Shown in pieces: positions 9,971-20,873 of a stretch of 24,000 nt of DNA (the first letter of the stretch is position 1; each line of letters starts with the position of its first letter). This DNA comes from Serratia sp. UGAL515B_01 (GTDB lineage Bacteria > Pseudomonadota > Gammaproteobacteria > Enterobacterales > Enterobacteriaceae): the NCBI RefSeq assembly GCF_033095805.1, contig NZ_CP109901.1, positions 3,011,766-3,035,765 on the forward strand, written 5' to 3'. A model generated the notes under the pieces. It did no database searches. It had not been told where the DNA came from and worked only from the letters and a program-made list of their open reading frames with translations. The position numbers and the translations under genes are program-made.

Positions 9971-10732
9971 ATGAAAATATTATTGAGTAATGATGACGGC
10001 GTCAGCGCACCGGGTATCCAGATACTGGCAGCGGCACTGCGTGAGTTTGCCGAAGTGCAGGTTATAGCCCCGGATCGTAACCGTAGTGGGTCCTCTAATG
10101 CGCTGACATTGGAGTCACCACTGCGTACCCAGTCTTTTCCTAATGGCGATATTGCAGTCCAGCATGGAACCCCCACCGACTGCGTTTACCTTGGAGTTAA
10201 TGCTTTGATGCTCCCAAAACCCGATATGGTGATTTCAGGAATCAATACCGGGCCTAATTTGGGGGATGATGTTATCTATTCCGGTACTGTGGCTGCCGCG
10301 ATGGAAGGCCGTCATTTGGGCTTGCCGGCTATTGCCGTATCACTTAATGGTGATCACCACTATGATACAGCGGCGGTGATCACCTGCCGCTTGCTGCGCG
10401 CATTACAGCGCAACCCATTGCCTTCAGGTAGAATCTTCAACATTAACGTACCCGATTTGCCTTTGACGCAACTGAAAGGAATACGCGTGACTCGCTGTGG
10501 AAGCCGATATCCCGCCAACAAGGTATTCAGCCAGAAGGACCCACACGGTCAGAAATTGTATTGGATAGGCCCTCCAGGAGAGAAATTTGATGCAGGTCCA
10601 GATACTGATTTCGCAGCAGTGGACCAAGACTACGTTTCCGTAACGCCCTTACAGGTCGATTTAACAGCTTATGGGACACAGAATGTGTTAGCAACTTGGT
10701 TAGCCGAGGCAGAGGTTTTCGGGGAATGTTAA
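9971..10732 (+). CDS. surE: 5'/3'-nucleotidase SurE
   Basis: [48 protein letters not shown] and [15 protein letters not shown]. Confidence 0.98.
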   Translation: MKILLSNDDGVSAPGIQILAAALREFAEVQVIAPDRNRSGSSNALTLESPLRTQSFPNGDIAVQHGTPTDCVYLGVNALMLPKPDMVISGINTGPNLGDDVIYSGTVAAAMEGRHLGLPAIAVSLNGDHHYDTAAVITCRLLRALQRNPLPSGRIFNINVPDLPLTQLKGIRVTRCGSRYPANKVFSQKDPHGQKLYWIGPPGEKFDAGPDTDFAAVDQDYVSVTPLQVDLTAYGTQNVLATWLAEAEVFGEC

Positions 10733-11352
10733 AAAAACACATGCAAAAATTGCTGACGCAGTTACGTCAGCAAGGGATAAGGGATGAACTGTTGCTTAAG
10801 GCAATTGAAGAAGTCCCCCGCGAACGTTTTGTTGACGAAGCGTTAGCCCACAAAGCCTACGAAAATACGGCATTGCCTATTGGTTCGGGGCAGACAATTT
10901 CCCAGCCTTATATGGTAGCGCGCATGACCGAACTGCTAAGTTTGCAGCCGACTTCCAGAGTTCTCGAAATCGGTACAGGTTCTGGATATCAGACTGCTAT
11001 CTTGGCACATCTGGTACAGCACGTCTGCTCTGTTGAGAGGATTAAGGGGCTTCAGTGGCAAGCAAAGCGCCGTTTGAAGCAACTTGATTTGCACAATGTC
11101 TCTACCCGCCATGGTGATGGCTGGCAAGGTTGGTCATCGCGTGGCCCTTTTGATGCAATCATCGTAACAGCCGCTCCCCCTGAAATTCCCCAAGCACTAA
11201 TGCAACAGTTAGATAACGGTGGTATTTTGGTGTTGCCTGTTGGCGAACAGACGCAGATACTTCAATGTATTCAACGGCGTGGTGATGATTTTTCTGTTAA
11301 TTCTGTTGAGGCCGTGCGCTTTGTTCCCCTGGTGAAAGGTGAACTGGCTTAA
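10726..11352 (+). CDS. pcm: Protein-L-isoaspartate O-methyltransferase
   Basis: [55 protein letters not shown] and [13 protein letters not shown]. The start at 10726 gives a 208 aa protein matching E. coli Pcm length and overlaps the surE stop; the track start is 10696. Confidence 0.96.
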   Translation: MLKKHMQKLLTQLRQQGIRDELLLKAIEEVPRERFVDEALAHKAYENTALPIGSGQTISQPYMVARMTELLSLQPTSRVLEIGTGSGYQTAILAHLVQHVCSVERIKGLQWQAKRRLKQLDLHNVSTRHGDGWQGWSSRGPFDAIIVTAAPPEIPQALMQQLDNGGILVLPVGEQTQILQCIQRRGDDFSVNSVEAVRFVPLVKGELA

Positions 11353-11759
11353 AAACGATTCGATCCGGGCTGTGCCCAAGTTACCTGAAATTCAGCGGCA
11401 CCGCCAAGTAACAGACCCCATAAACACAGAACCTAAAATATCGCAGGTATGGTTTAAAAACGATGGGTAGTAATTGTTTTATTATGTAGCAGTACCAATA
11501 TGGTCACACAATTGGCACTGCTTTTGAATCTCTGACGGGAAATCTACTGGTATTCAGTGATCGGTCAGGGAAACCCTTCTTCTTGAAGCTGAGGTAACAC
11601 TGTACTCCAAGAATTTGAAGTTGTAGCGAGAGGCAATTGGGTGCATGTTATCGCCATCCTCCAATACGCTAGGGCTTTAAAAGCACTTGGTATAATGCTC
11701 AGCTACGCTGTAAGGGTATTTTTTGGAAATAACACTGATATTGCTGTCATGGGGGAAGC

Positions 11760-12752
11760 ATGAATACGGGAAGCCCAATGATTACTTTAGGCCGGGTTGC
11801 GGTGTGTACGGTATTAAGTTTGTGGTTGGCAGGTTGTTCGAATAATAATTCTACCTCGGCACCTATTAGCAGCGTTGGTAGCGGCGGTAACGACGCTGCA
11901 ACAGTATCCAGTAATGCGGGGCGTATTGTTTACAATCGTAGTTATAGTGAGATCCCTAAGGGGAGCTACAGCGGTAACACCTATACCGTTAAGCGTGGAG
12001 ACACACTATTCTATATTGCGTGGATCACCGGTAACGATTTTCGAGATCTAGCACAGCGCAACAATATTCCTCAGCCGTATAACCTGGAAGTAGGTCAAAC
12101 CATTAAAATTGGTAATGGCTCTGCCGGGAGTAGTGGCGGTATGCTGGCTTCGACAAATTCGAGCAACGGGACTGTACCAAAGCCACCTTCAAGTCATCAG
12201 ATACAAACTACAACGGTTGATTCTCAATCAACTAACGCGTATTCTGGTAACTCAGGTAAACAGAATGTAGGTAAAATGTTACCTTCATCAGGTGCGGTCG
12301 TGACAGGTTCTGCCGCCGCTCCTGTTACCGCGCCAGCTGCGGCACCTCCGGTGAGCAGCACCGCCAGCAACAGCACTCCAGTGAGTAGTTGGAGATGGCC
12401 AACTGACGGTAAGATCATTGATAACTTCTCTTCATCGGAAGGAGGGAACAAAGGTATCGATATCTCTGGCACCCGTGGGCAGCCTATTTTTGCTACCGCC
12501 GATGGTCGTGTAGTTTATGCAGGCAACGCTTTACGGGGTTACGGTAACCTAATCATCATTAAGCATAATGATGATTACCTGAGTGCCTACGCCCACAACG
12601 ACACAATGCTGGTCCGGGAACAACAAGAAGTGAAGGCGGGGCAAAAAATAGCAACGATGGGAAGCACCGGAACCAGTTCAGTACGTTTGCATTTCGAAAT
12701 TCGCTACAAGGGGAAATCCGTAAACCCGCTGCGTTATCTTCCGCAGCGATAG
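11760..12752 (+). CDS. nlpD: Murein hydrolase activator lipoprotein NlpD
   Basis: Lipobox LAGC, LysM domain ([29 protein letters not shown]), C-terminal M23-like domain ([26 protein letters not shown]); upstream of rpoS; gggggaa RBS before the ATG. Confidence 0.96.
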   Translation: MNTGSPMITLGRVAVCTVLSLWLAGCSNNNSTSAPISSVGSGGNDAATVSSNAGRIVYNRSYSEIPKGSYSGNTYTVKRGDTLFYIAWITGNDFRDLAQRNNIPQPYNLEVGQTIKIGNGSAGSSGGMLASTNSSNGTVPKPPSSHQIQTTTVDSQSTNAYSGNSGKQNVGKMLPSSGAVVTGSAAAPVTAPAAAPPVSSTASNSTPVSSWRWPTDGKIIDNFSSSEGGNKGIDISGTRGQPIFATADGRVVYAGNALRGYGNLIIIKHNDDYLSAYAHNDTMLVREQQEVKAGQKIATMGSTGTSSVRLHFEIRYKGKSVNPLRYLPQR

Positions 12753-12806
12753 ATTGGGCAGAGTGTGTTGCATTCTGCTTGTAGTATCACGGGTAGGAGC
12801 CGCTTT

Positions 12807-13805
12807 ATGAGCCAAAATACGCTGAAAGTTAACGAGTTACATGACGATGCAGATTTCGACGAGAATGCCATGGAAGCCGAATCACTCGACGAAAAAGAAC
12901 TGGTAGAAGACGACACCATCGAGAACGATTTAGCTGATGATGAGCTGTTGTCTCAAAGTGTTACCCAACGCGTATTGGATGCAACGCAGCTCTATCTGGG
13001 CGAAATTGGTTATTCACCTCTACTGACTGCAGAGGAAGAAGTCTATTTTGCACGGCGCGCTCTGCGCGGAGACGTACCATCACGCCGACGCATGATAGAA
13101 AGCAACCTGAGACTGGTAGTGAAAATTGCCCGTCGTTATGGCAATCGCGGCCTTGCACTGCTGGACCTCATTGAAGAGGGAAATCTCGGCCTGATACGTG
13201 CGGTTGAAAAGTTTGATCCAGAACGCGGTTTCCGTTTTTCTACTTATGCAACTTGGTGGATACGTCAAACAATAGAACGGGCAATCATGAACCAAACCCG
13301 GACTATTCGTTTGCCAATCCATATCGTTAAAGAGCTGAATGTTTATTTACGCACCGCGCGTGAGCTTTCTCACAAGCTGGATCACGAACCAAGTGCTGAA
13401 GAGATTGCGGAGCAACTCGACAAACCGGTTGATGATGTCAGCCGTATGTTGCGCTTGAACGAACGTATCACTTCTGTTGATACGCCGCTGGGGGGTGATT
13501 CAGAGAAAGCGCTGTTGGATATTCTAGCAGATGATAAAGACAATGGGCCTGAGGACGTGACTCAAGACGACGACATGAAACAAAGCATCGTTAAATGGTT
13601 GTTCGAATTGAATGCCAAACAGCGTGAAGTGCTGGCTCGTCGTTTCGGTCTGTTGGGTTATGAAGCGGCAACGCTGGAAGATGTGGGCAGTGAGATCGGT
13701 TTAACCCGTGAACGTGTCCGCCAAATCCAAGTTGAAGGTTTACGCCGTCTGCGTGAAATTTTACAACTGCAGGGTTTGAGCATCGAGGCACTGTTCCGCG
13801 AATAA
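12807..13805 (+). CDS. rpoS: RNA polymerase sigma factor RpoS
   Basis: [97 protein letters not shown] and [21 protein letters not shown]. The ATG at 12807 follows taggag; the track's GTG start at 12765 is likely too early. Confidence 0.98.
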   Translation: MSQNTLKVNELHDDADFDENAMEAESLDEKELVEDDTIENDLADDELLSQSVTQRVLDATQLYLGEIGYSPLLTAEEEVYFARRALRGDVPSRRRMIESNLRLVVKIARRYGNRGLALLDLIEEGNLGLIRAVEKFDPERGFRFSTYATWWIRQTIERAIMNQTRTIRLPIHIVKELNVYLRTARELSHKLDHEPSAEEIAEQLDKPVDDVSRMLRLNERITSVDTPLGGDSEKALLDILADDKDNGPEDVTQDDDMKQSIVKWLFELNAKQREVLARRFGLLGYEAATLEDVGSEIGLTRERVRQIQVEGLRRLREILQLQGLSIEALFRE

Positions 13806-13858
13806 ACTTTCCTTAGCCAAAGTAAAAATCCACCTCTTGAAGAGGTGGCTTTAAATGG

Positions 13859-13877
13859 GGCTCCCTAGAAGGGAGCC
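13859..13877. terminator. Hairpin just inside the IS end, possible terminator for the transposase (- strand) or an end structure
   Basis: ggctccc-tagaa-gggagcc, a perfect 7-bp stem. Confidence 0.35.
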
Positions 13878-13886
13878 TTGTCCGTT

Positions 13887-14324
13887 TTAATCCCGCAACA
13901 ACCCCATCTGCTGTTCGTATTCTTGGTCCTTCTTATCCTGATGCCTCACATAACGCCTTATAATTTCTTCGTTCACACCAACCGTGTCAACAAAGTAGCC
14001 CCTTGCCCAAAAGTGATTCCCCCAAAGTTTCTTCCGTATATGTGGGAATTTGTTGTAAAGGCGAATTGCACTGCGTCCTTTCAGGACGCCCATTAACGTG
14101 GATATCGAGAGTTTAGGGGGCACCATCACAACCAGATGAACATGATCTGATTGCACATTCAATTCCAATATCTCGCAATCTTTCATATTGCACAGTATGT
14201 AAATTGAACGATAAAACTCTTTCCCTACTACTCCTGTGAGGATTTTGTAACGATACTTTGGCGTCCAAACCAAGTGGTATTTACAACGCCAGAACACATG
14301 TGCTGAACTTCTATAACTGCTCAT
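13887..14324 (-). CDS. tnpA: IS200-type TnpA (Y1 HUH) transposase
   Basis: SSYRSSAHVFWRCKYHLVWTPKYRYKIL, HUH motif SDHVHLVV, GNHFWARGYFVDTVG, and catalytic Tyr region EIIRRYVRHQDKKD. Internal start at 14324 preferred over 14375. Confidence 0.92.
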   Translation of the reverse strand: MSSYRSSAHVFWRCKYHLVWTPKYRYKILTGVVGKEFYRSIYILCNMKDCEILELNVQSDHVHLVVMVPPKLSISTLMGVLKGRSAIRLYNKFPHIRKKLWGNHFWARGYFVDTVGVNEEIIRRYVRHQDKKDQEYEQQMGLLRD

Positions 14325-14516
14325 GTCAGTGATTTCCTTCTTACTTGTGGTGAGTAAGCTGGAATTTTCTGGCATGGGCTTTCTTCAGGCTAGAGCCTCA
14401 CAGGAACAATCACCACCTCCCAAGGAGGTGGTTTAGGGCTGACAACACTTAATACCAAACAAAACTGTTTATCCCTTATCTTGCGGGAAATTTGTGTTTC
14501 TTATGCCTGATTTAAC

Positions 14517-17072
14517 CTAAACTAGACTTTTCAGTCGGTAAATCCACTCCAGTGCTTGCCGTGGCGACAGAGCGTCAGCATCTAATGCCTCCAATGCTTC
14601 TAATGCCGGGGAAACCTCTTCATTCAGTAGCGTCATCTGAGTAGTATCCGCCTTACCGGCAGCAGCTTGGCTGGACATCGTCTCCAGTTCACGTAACTTC
14701 TGGCGCGCACGCTTAATCACATCACGAGGCACACCGGCCAATGCCGCAACTGCCAATCCATAACTTTTACTGGCTGCGCCATCTTGCACACTGTGCATAA
14801 AAGCAATCGTATCACCATGTTCCAGAGCATCTAGATGTACATTGACCACGCCTTCTATTTTTTCTGGCAGCGTTGTCAGTTCAAAGTAATGGGTAGCAAA
14901 TAATGTCATCGCTTTGATCCGGCCCGCCAGATTTTCGGCACAAGCCCAAGCAAGGGAAAGCCCATCATAAGTTGAAGTACCGCGACCAATTTCGTCCATT
15001 AGCACTAGGCTGTTCTCAGTAGCATTGTGAAGGATATTAGCAGTTTCGGTCATCTCAACCATGAAGGTAGAGCGACCAGAGGCTAAATCATCAGCAGCGC
15101 CCACGCGAGTAAAAATACGATCCACCGGACCGATAGTCGCTTTGACTGCTGGCACAAAACTACCAATATGTGCCATCAAGACAATCAACGCAATTTGCCG
15201 CATATAGGTACTTTTTCCGCCCATATTGGGTCCGGTAATGATCAGCATACGGCGCTGCGGAGAAAGTGAAACCGGGTTGGCAATAAACGGCTCGCTCAAA
15301 ACCTGCTCGACCACTGGATGACGACCATCAACAATGTGGATACCCCGTTGTTCACTGATGGTTGGGCAAGCGTAATTCAGCGTTTCCGCACGTTCGGCAA
15401 GATTAACCAGTACATCCAGTTCCGCCAATGCCCCTGCGCTCTGCTGTAATGCCTCAAGATGAGGTAACAACAAATCAAACAGTTCGTCATACAACCCTTT
15501 TTCTATCGACAGTGCCTTCCCTTTTGACGTCAGCACTTTGTCTTCATATTCCTTCAACTCAGGAATGATGTAACGCTCCGCATTCTTCAGAGTTTGGCGG
15601 CGAACATAGTGGATCGGGACCAGATGACTTTGCCCGCGACTGACCTGAATATAATAACCGTGCACGCCGTTAAAACCGACCTTAAGGGTGTCCAGGCCCA
15701 ACTTCTCACGTTCACGGATCTCCAGGCGGTCAAGATAATCGCTGGCGCCGTCTGCAAGTGCACGCCACTCATCCAGTTCTTCGTTATAGCCAGGGGCAAT
15801 TACACCGCCGTCACGAACCAGAACAGGAGGCGCTTCAACAATAGCACGTTCAAGTAGCGTCTTCAGTTCATCAAAATCACCGATCTGAGACAGAAGTTTT
15901 TGTACATGGGCCGTTTCTGTACTTTTCAGCAATGCGCAGATATCCGGCAATTGCTGAAAGGCATGGCGCATACGGGCAAGATCACGAGGACGCGCGGTGC
16001 GCAATGCCAATCGTGCAAGAATTCGCTCAAGATCGCCAACCTGACGCAGCGGTTGCTGTAGGTCAGCGCTTAGATTCTGCAGTGTGATGATCGCCTGCTG
16101 TCGATTGTTCAGTACAGCCATGTCGCGCGTAGGCATATGCAGCCAGCGTTTGAGCATTCGGCTACCCATTGGGGTAACGGTGCGATCAAGTATCGCAGCT
16201 AGAGTATTTTCACTTCCCCCGGAAAGGTTTTGAGTAATCTCCAAATTACGACGTGTTGCCGCATCCATGATAATACCGTCTTGCTGGCGCTCCATGGAGA
16301 TACCACGGATATGTGGCAGTGAAGTGCGCTGAGTGTCTTTGACATACTGCAATAGACAGCCCGCTGCACGTAATGCAAGATCGGCCTGTTCGACACCAAA
16401 TCCGTTGAGATCACGGGTACCAAATTGTAGATTCAGCTGTTGGCGTGCAGTTTCCAGCTCAAACTCCCACAGTGGACGACGGCGAAGGCCATGGCGCTGT
16501 TCAATCAGCACCATTTGTTCGAACGTTTCTGGATATAGTAATTCAGCCGGGTTAGTGCGTTGCAATTCAGCTGACATAGTTTCGAGATCTTCCGGTTCGG
16601 CAACTCTGAAACAGCCAGAACTGAGATCCAAAGTGGCATAACCAAAACCGCGACTATCTTGCCATATAGCTGCCAGCAAATTATCTTGGCGTTCTTGCAG
16701 CAAGGCTTCGTCGGTGATCGTGCCTGGCGTCACTATGCGTACAACTTTACGCTCTACCGGACCTTTACTGGTAGCAGGATCGCCAATCTGTTCACAAATC
16801 GCAACCGACTCACCAAGTTGAACTAACTTGGCGAGATAGTTTTCCACGGCATGGTGCGGAACGCCTGCCATTGGAATAGGTTCCCCTGCTGAAGCACCGC
16901 GCTTGGTCAGAGAGATATCCAACAATTGGGATGCACGTTTAGCATCGTCGTAAAACAGCTCGTAGAAATCCCCCATACGATAGAAGAGTAAGATTTCTGG
17001 ATGTTGCGCCTTAAGGCGCAGGTATTGCTGCATCATTGGCGTATGCGAATCGAAAGTTTCGGTTTTTGTCAT
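14517..17072 (-). CDS. mutS: DNA mismatch repair protein MutS
   Basis: [75 protein letters not shown] and [23 protein letters not shown]; full length 851 aa. Confidence 0.98.
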   Translation of the reverse strand: MTKTETFDSHTPMMQQYLRLKAQHPEILLFYRMGDFYELFYDDAKRASQLLDISLTKRGASAGEPIPMAGVPHHAVENYLAKLVQLGESVAICEQIGDPATSKGPVERKVVRIVTPGTITDEALLQERQDNLLAAIWQDSRGFGYATLDLSSGCFRVAEPEDLETMSAELQRTNPAELLYPETFEQMVLIEQRHGLRRRPLWEFELETARQQLNLQFGTRDLNGFGVEQADLALRAAGCLLQYVKDTQRTSLPHIRGISMERQQDGIIMDAATRRNLEITQNLSGGSENTLAAILDRTVTPMGSRMLKRWLHMPTRDMAVLNNRQQAIITLQNLSADLQQPLRQVGDLERILARLALRTARPRDLARMRHAFQQLPDICALLKSTETAHVQKLLSQIGDFDELKTLLERAIVEAPPVLVRDGGVIAPGYNEELDEWRALADGASDYLDRLEIREREKLGLDTLKVGFNGVHGYYIQVSRGQSHLVPIHYVRRQTLKNAERYIIPELKEYEDKVLTSKGKALSIEKGLYDELFDLLLPHLEALQQSAGALAELDVLVNLAERAETLNYACPTISEQRGIHIVDGRHPVVEQVLSEPFIANPVSLSPQRRMLIITGPNMGGKSTYMRQIALIVLMAHIGSFVPAVKATIGPVDRIFTRVGAADDLASGRSTFMVEMTETANILHNATENSLVLMDEIGRGTSTYDGLSLAWACAENLAGRIKAMTLFATHYFELTTLPEKIEGVVNVHLDALEHGDTIAFMHSVQDGAASKSYGLAVAALAGVPRDVIKRARQKLRELETMSSQAAAGKADTTQMTLLNEEVSPALEALEALDADALSPRQALEWIYRLKSLV

Positions 17073-17137
17073 AACGCTACCGCTTCTAATCCATTGAATT
17101 TAAATTTCATTGTGATTCTGATTGTTATCATTAGGTA

Positions 17138-17431
17138 TCACTTAGTCTCATTAAAAACCACTAAACGTTGCTTGCTGTTAGCACAAGCCTGAACGCAGGC
17201 TGCTATGTTGGCTATCGTATAATGTCTCCACTCAAACTCAAAACCTACGCCTAACGAGCTAAAAATGGATTTATAACTAATAAGATCAATATATTGACCA
17301 TAAAAATGGATAGCAGACGCAGAGTAGGGCAAATCTTTAGCATTCAAAGCAGTAAAAATGATGAAGCCAACGGACAAAAGCCAAACTGATATCAGTGAAA
17401 ATCGAGGCTTGCTTATTTTCACTACGATCAT
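17138..17431 (-). CDS. Small hypothetical protein with one hydrophobic segment
   Basis: ORF only: MIVVKISKPRFSLISVWLLSVGFIIFTALNAKD...; no recognised family and no clear RBS. Confidence 0.25.
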   Translation of the reverse strand: MIVVKISKPRFSLISVWLLSVGFIIFTALNAKDLPYSASAIHFYGQYIDLISYKSIFSSLGVGFEFEWRHYTIANIAACVQACANSKQRLVVFNETK

Positions 17432-17473
17432 TACGACTTTTTTCTAACGCTATACTAGCCCAGTGAGCAATAG

Positions 17474-18902
17474 GCTGTCGTAGGTAAAAATTGGAAGCTT
17501 CCCGCAACTACGCTTGCAACGGCTCAAGTTAGGTTGCAAGAACTGAAGCAAATCAGAAATGAAGGACGCTGTCCGGCCACTGAGTTGAAAGAAAGGAAGC
17601 AAAGGCTGTTAGAGGAAAGCCATTCGCGGTATCTAAGCAGTTCCTGCACGATTTATTCACCCGAGATCGTACCAAGTATCTCAGTCGAACTGACCGTGTA
17701 AGTTACTTGACCAACATTTTCAACAAACGTAAACGTATGACCTTTGATGACATGATCGGGCAGGCGATCAACCGTGGCTGTCAGGTGAAGCATCAATGGT
17801 CAAAACGCGATATACCAAACAAGCCATTCCGAAACTTGTTGAAAACAGTATGGGGCAATCTAGAACCGCTGCATATCAACCTTGATGCGTTGCGGCAATA
17901 TGTGGACACTCACCACTCAGCTAAAAATATGATGTTCTACCGCAATTTCCTGTCTCATTTGGCAGAGGTAGGCGTAGATCTGATTTCAGACACGCCACTG
18001 GTTGTTGCGTACCGGCAGTCATATAAATCAGCTAAAATAGGTGGTCGCTCGTTCGAAATCGGCACTAGCTTCCAAAGTTTGCCCTCCAAGATGAAATGGG
18101 CGTGTCTTGCTCGTGGTTACAACTACGATATAAAGAGGTGCCAGCTTGAGATCCTGCGCCATGAACTACAGTCTATCGACGTTTCAGACCGTAACTTACG
18201 GCTTCTGGATTCAAAAGTGATCTGCAAGGTTTTAGGGGTAGATGAAGCGTTGGTTAAGCAGTTTAGGTATGCCAGTGTGTTCAACTCTGGTTATGTCAGC
18301 CTTTCCTTCAGAAGTGCGACTGTCCGCCTGCTGAGAAAGGAGTTCGGACGCTCTAAAGCCAAACTATTCTCCTGCGCTGGCTTGAACACTTGGAGCCACT
18401 CAAGCACGATCTGGCTAGGTTACTGGACGTTTATGAAGCTACTGGTAAAACTAACCGCTATGGAAAGTGTGTTACAAATGCGGTGGGGCAGACCTTCAAA
18501 TGTACTTACAAGTGCGTGGCAACAGGTACACGGCGGAAGAGTGATGTAATGCGCCGCAAGCTGCTGGCTCATATGCTGCAAGGGTTGGAAAGCTTGGCGG
18601 TCTACCAATTTGTACGCGATCATCCAGGTCTGATATGCGCGTTAGAGCACGATGGGTTTATTTCTTACCGCTTGATTGATGAAAGTTGGCGGCATCCATA
18701 TTTGAAGATTGTCTTGAAAAATCAAGCATCGTAGCAATTTACCTTGGATGAGCAACGACTAGATCGCTGTCCCCCGTCATACTACAAGTTACAGGGGTTT
18801 TGGCTGCATTTTTGGCCTATCCAAGGGCCTAGTACCTTTGGGGGAGGTGCCACTGCAAGCGGTGTTAAACTCGTTTCCCGACAAAGCACCTATCCGCCCT
18901 AA
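17474..18902 (+). pseudogene. Frameshifted/interrupted gene, possibly a divergent family A DNA polymerase-like protein
   Basis: The reading continues across three frame segments. Segment 1, frame of 17474: ..LATAQVRLQELKQIRNEGRCPATELKERKQRLLEES. Segment 2, frame of 17707 but open back to 17584: FLHDLFTRDRTKYLSRTDRVSYLTNIFNKRKRMTFDDM...YNYDIKRCQLEILRHEL...VKQFRYASVFNSGYVSL...RLLRKEFGRSKAK. Segment 3, frame of 18390: LLRWLEHLEPLKHDLARLLDVYEATGK...RRKLLAHMLQGLESLAVYQFVRDHPGLICALEHDGFIS...KNQAS, then a TAG at 18732 with 55 further open codons. Confidence 0.6.
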
Positions 18903-18926
18903 TTACAGAGGAAAAAGGAAAGATTT

Positions 18927-18968
18927 AAAAGCCATAACCCCGGTCAATTCAGTTTTTACCGGGCTTTT
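18927..18968 (-). terminator. Candidate intrinsic terminator downstream of the candidate immunity gene
   Basis: aaaagcc(ataaccc)cggt ... accgggctttt can form a bulged stem; it lies just past the 18972 stop on the minus strand. Confidence 0.35.
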
Positions 18969-18971
18969 ACT

Positions 18972-19328
18972 TTAAAGTTGTTGATAACGCTCATCTTGTA
19001 AAATAAGTGGTTGTATTTCTTCCTCCCACATACGCTTCTGATATGATTGTCCCTCCGTTGGCTCTGTTCGGTTATGAATACAGTCCTTAATCGCTTTTAC
19101 AGCCAAATTAAACTCTTCTTTACTCAACTCACTAAAACTTATCTGATCCAAGGGTAGGTACATCATTATCTTTTCGTGTATATCCGGATGATTCGCCTGC
19201 AATGCCTCATCGAACAATGTTTCTAAAGCATTAGAGGCCGTTCGGTTAAGTCCTACCGTAAGACCCCTTTCACCATAGTTGTTATTATATGCCTTGCACC
19301 CTATATCAAAAAAAGAACCCATAATCAC
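18972..19328 (-). CDS. Hypothetical protein, candidate immunity protein
   Basis: 118 aa soluble ORF overlapping the upstream toxin-like ORF by 4 bp (19325-19328), an arrangement typical of toxin/immunity pairs. Confidence 0.6.
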   Translation of the reverse strand: MIMGSFFDIGCKAYNNNYGERGLTVGLNRTASNALETLFDEALQANHPDIHEKIMMYLPLDQISFSELSKEEFNLAVKAIKDCIHNRTEPTEGQSYQKRMWEEEIQPLILQDERYQQL

Positions 19329-20533
19329 CTCATAATAATAAATTTTTCTTGTTGATTTTTAGGTAATGTTTTTATGTAATCCATAAACACTTTCTGGTTA
19401 GATGGTGTCAATACACTAAAATCAACAGGAACTATGTCCGCTTTCCCTAAATGGTCAAGGATTTGTTTTTGACCAATTGGGATTTCCCCATCAGTTCTCG
19501 TCACAGTCATGTTTTTCTCAAAGAACTTGTTTAGTCCATCAACTTCTTTTTGGGATAAGTTCTTTGTTGTATACATAAAATCAACAGTTTTTCCTGCATT
19601 AGGACCACTACTTATAATAAAATCAGCAGTTTTCCCCCCAGTATCAGGTGCTCTTTCTAGGGGCCCTAGCTTATTTTCCAGTCTTGCCGCAGCCGCGGCT
19701 TCTGCTGGATTGTACTTCCCATTGCCATTTATATCTGGTGTATTCAAGCGTTTTTGGCTTTCCAGAGGAGTGGAGTTTATTTTTGTTTCATTAATCCCAT
19801 CGGCATTCTTGGTGAGTGATAGCTTTGAACCCATGCGCCTTGCACCAAGTAGGGCACTAGCAGCCACTGCAGCACCTGCCGTTTTCTCATTCAGTACCTG
19901 ATCGAACCCTTTAGCAGCATCACCCCCCAGCTTTTTAGCAGTATCTGCAAACATTTCAGGGTTCTGGTTATAAATGCCTCCAGCAGCCAGTAAGCGACCT
20001 GCATTAGCGCTGTTTATCGTTCTCAACGGCGCTTGTGCTTGTACTGGGCTTTCTCCGCGCCTGAATTGATTCATTGGTGTTGGACGCGGTTTTCCGTTTG
20101 TTGTCCGGTAGTCTCGCCTAAGGACTGACTGATCGTATTGAGCAATAATCTTTTTTGTCCCCTCAAAACGAAAAGCCATAGGGTCAGTGCAAACCAGCTT
20201 ACCGCCTTCATTGATATAAAACAGGTTTGCCGGGCCGTAGATATCACTCAACATCACCACATCACCGGAAAACACCATTTTTTCCAGTTTCTCTTTTTCA
20301 CGTAGGCCGCGTGAAGCAGTGCGGTGCTGAACAGTACGATCTTCACGCATATTGATGATATAGCGACCCGTACCATAACCCTCATCAAACACATACTCTC
20401 GACAAATCCGTGACCAAGCCCTATGAGCACTGATTATGCGTTCAAACTCTTCAGGGGCAAGATTATCGTTCGGTAGATAGTACAAATAGATACCGGGCAA
20501 ACTCAGGCTCACTGTTACCTCCGTGTTAAGCAT
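19325..20533 (-). CDS. Putative modular (polymorphic-type) toxin/effector
   Basis: 402 aa. Unrecognised N-terminal domain (about 1-150), Pro/Ala-rich linker and alanine-rich segment (NPEMFADTAKKLGGDAAKGFDQVLNEKTAGAAVAASALLG). C-terminal module LERAPDTGGKTADFIISSGPNAGKTVDFMYTTKNLSQKEVDGLNKFFEKN...KNQQEKFIIMR resembles CdiA-CT-like toxin ends. Confidence 0.6.
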   Translation of the reverse strand: MLNTEVTVSLSLPGIYLYYLPNDNLAPEEFERIISAHRAWSRICREYVFDEGYGTGRYIINMREDRTVQHRTASRGLREKEKLEKMVFSGDVVMLSDIYGPANLFYINEGGKLVCTDPMAFRFEGTKKIIAQYDQSVLRRDYRTTNGKPRPTPMNQFRRGESPVQAQAPLRTINSANAGRLLAAGGIYNQNPEMFADTAKKLGGDAAKGFDQVLNEKTAGAAVAASALLGARRMGSKLSLTKNADGINETKINSTPLESQKRLNTPDINGNGKYNPAEAAAAARLENKLGPLERAPDTGGKTADFIISSGPNAGKTVDFMYTTKNLSQKEVDGLNKFFEKNMTVTRTDGEIPIGQKQILDHLGKADIVPVDFSVLTPSNQKVFMDYIKTLPKNQQEKFIIMR

Positions 20534-20681
20534 TCGTAAAATGGACTTAACACTAGCACACTCAGAAAGCCTGGAAAATCATAAAACATCGTTAGGGTAT
20601 CAGGTAGTAACACGCTGTCATTAGTCCTGCTGCGAGTCAATGACCTTCTTAACTCATTGACTTAAACACATCAACACAAAA

Positions 20682-20873
20682 TCACTTTTTCAACGTATCG
20701 AGATAATCCGCCCATTTTTGCAGCCAAACCTTACACTCAGCCTCGTAGCGGTAGAGATCGTAAGTGCCTTCGATACCCTTACGTGAATGGCCTAAAACGG
20801 CTTCAGCGACCTCACTGGGACATCCAAGACGTGCCAAGCCAGTACGCACTGTTCGGCGTATGTTCTGATATGT
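20682..20873 (-). pseudogene. C-terminal remnant of a phage/island tyrosine recombinase (integrase)
   Basis: Manual reverse-strand translation: ..YQNIRRTVRTGLARLGCPSEVAEAVLGHSRKGIEGTYDLYRYEAECKVWLQKWADYLDTLKK*. It contains the second catalytic Arg region, LGH and the catalytic Tyr; the N-terminal catalytic domain is absent. Confidence 0.85.

Larger units (their letters stand above)
13826..14437 (-). mobile_element. IS200/IS605-family (IS200 group) insertion sequence, approximate ends
   Basis: Single-ORF Y1 transposase flanked by imperfect-palindrome ends: ccacctc-ttgaa-gaggtgg (13830-13848) and accacctcc-caa-ggaggtggt (14412-14432). Exact cleavage sites not determined. Confidence 0.85.

Noticed and set aside
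13878-14096. 72 aa forward ORF within the IS
   Set aside because: Antisense shadow of the TnpA transposase gene.
18390-18734. Independent 114 aa gene starting at 18390
   Set aside because: Its frame is open upstream to 18357 and continues the logic of the 17707 ORF, so it fits better as the 3' part of a frameshifted gene.
19509-19901. 130 aa forward ORF
   Set aside because: Wholly antisense to the toxin-like ORF, low-complexity F/S/A composition, no family signature.
20534-20690. Possible tRNA attachment site beside the integrase stub
   Set aside because: No cloverleaf or conserved T-arm (GGTTCRA) sequence could be identified by eye.
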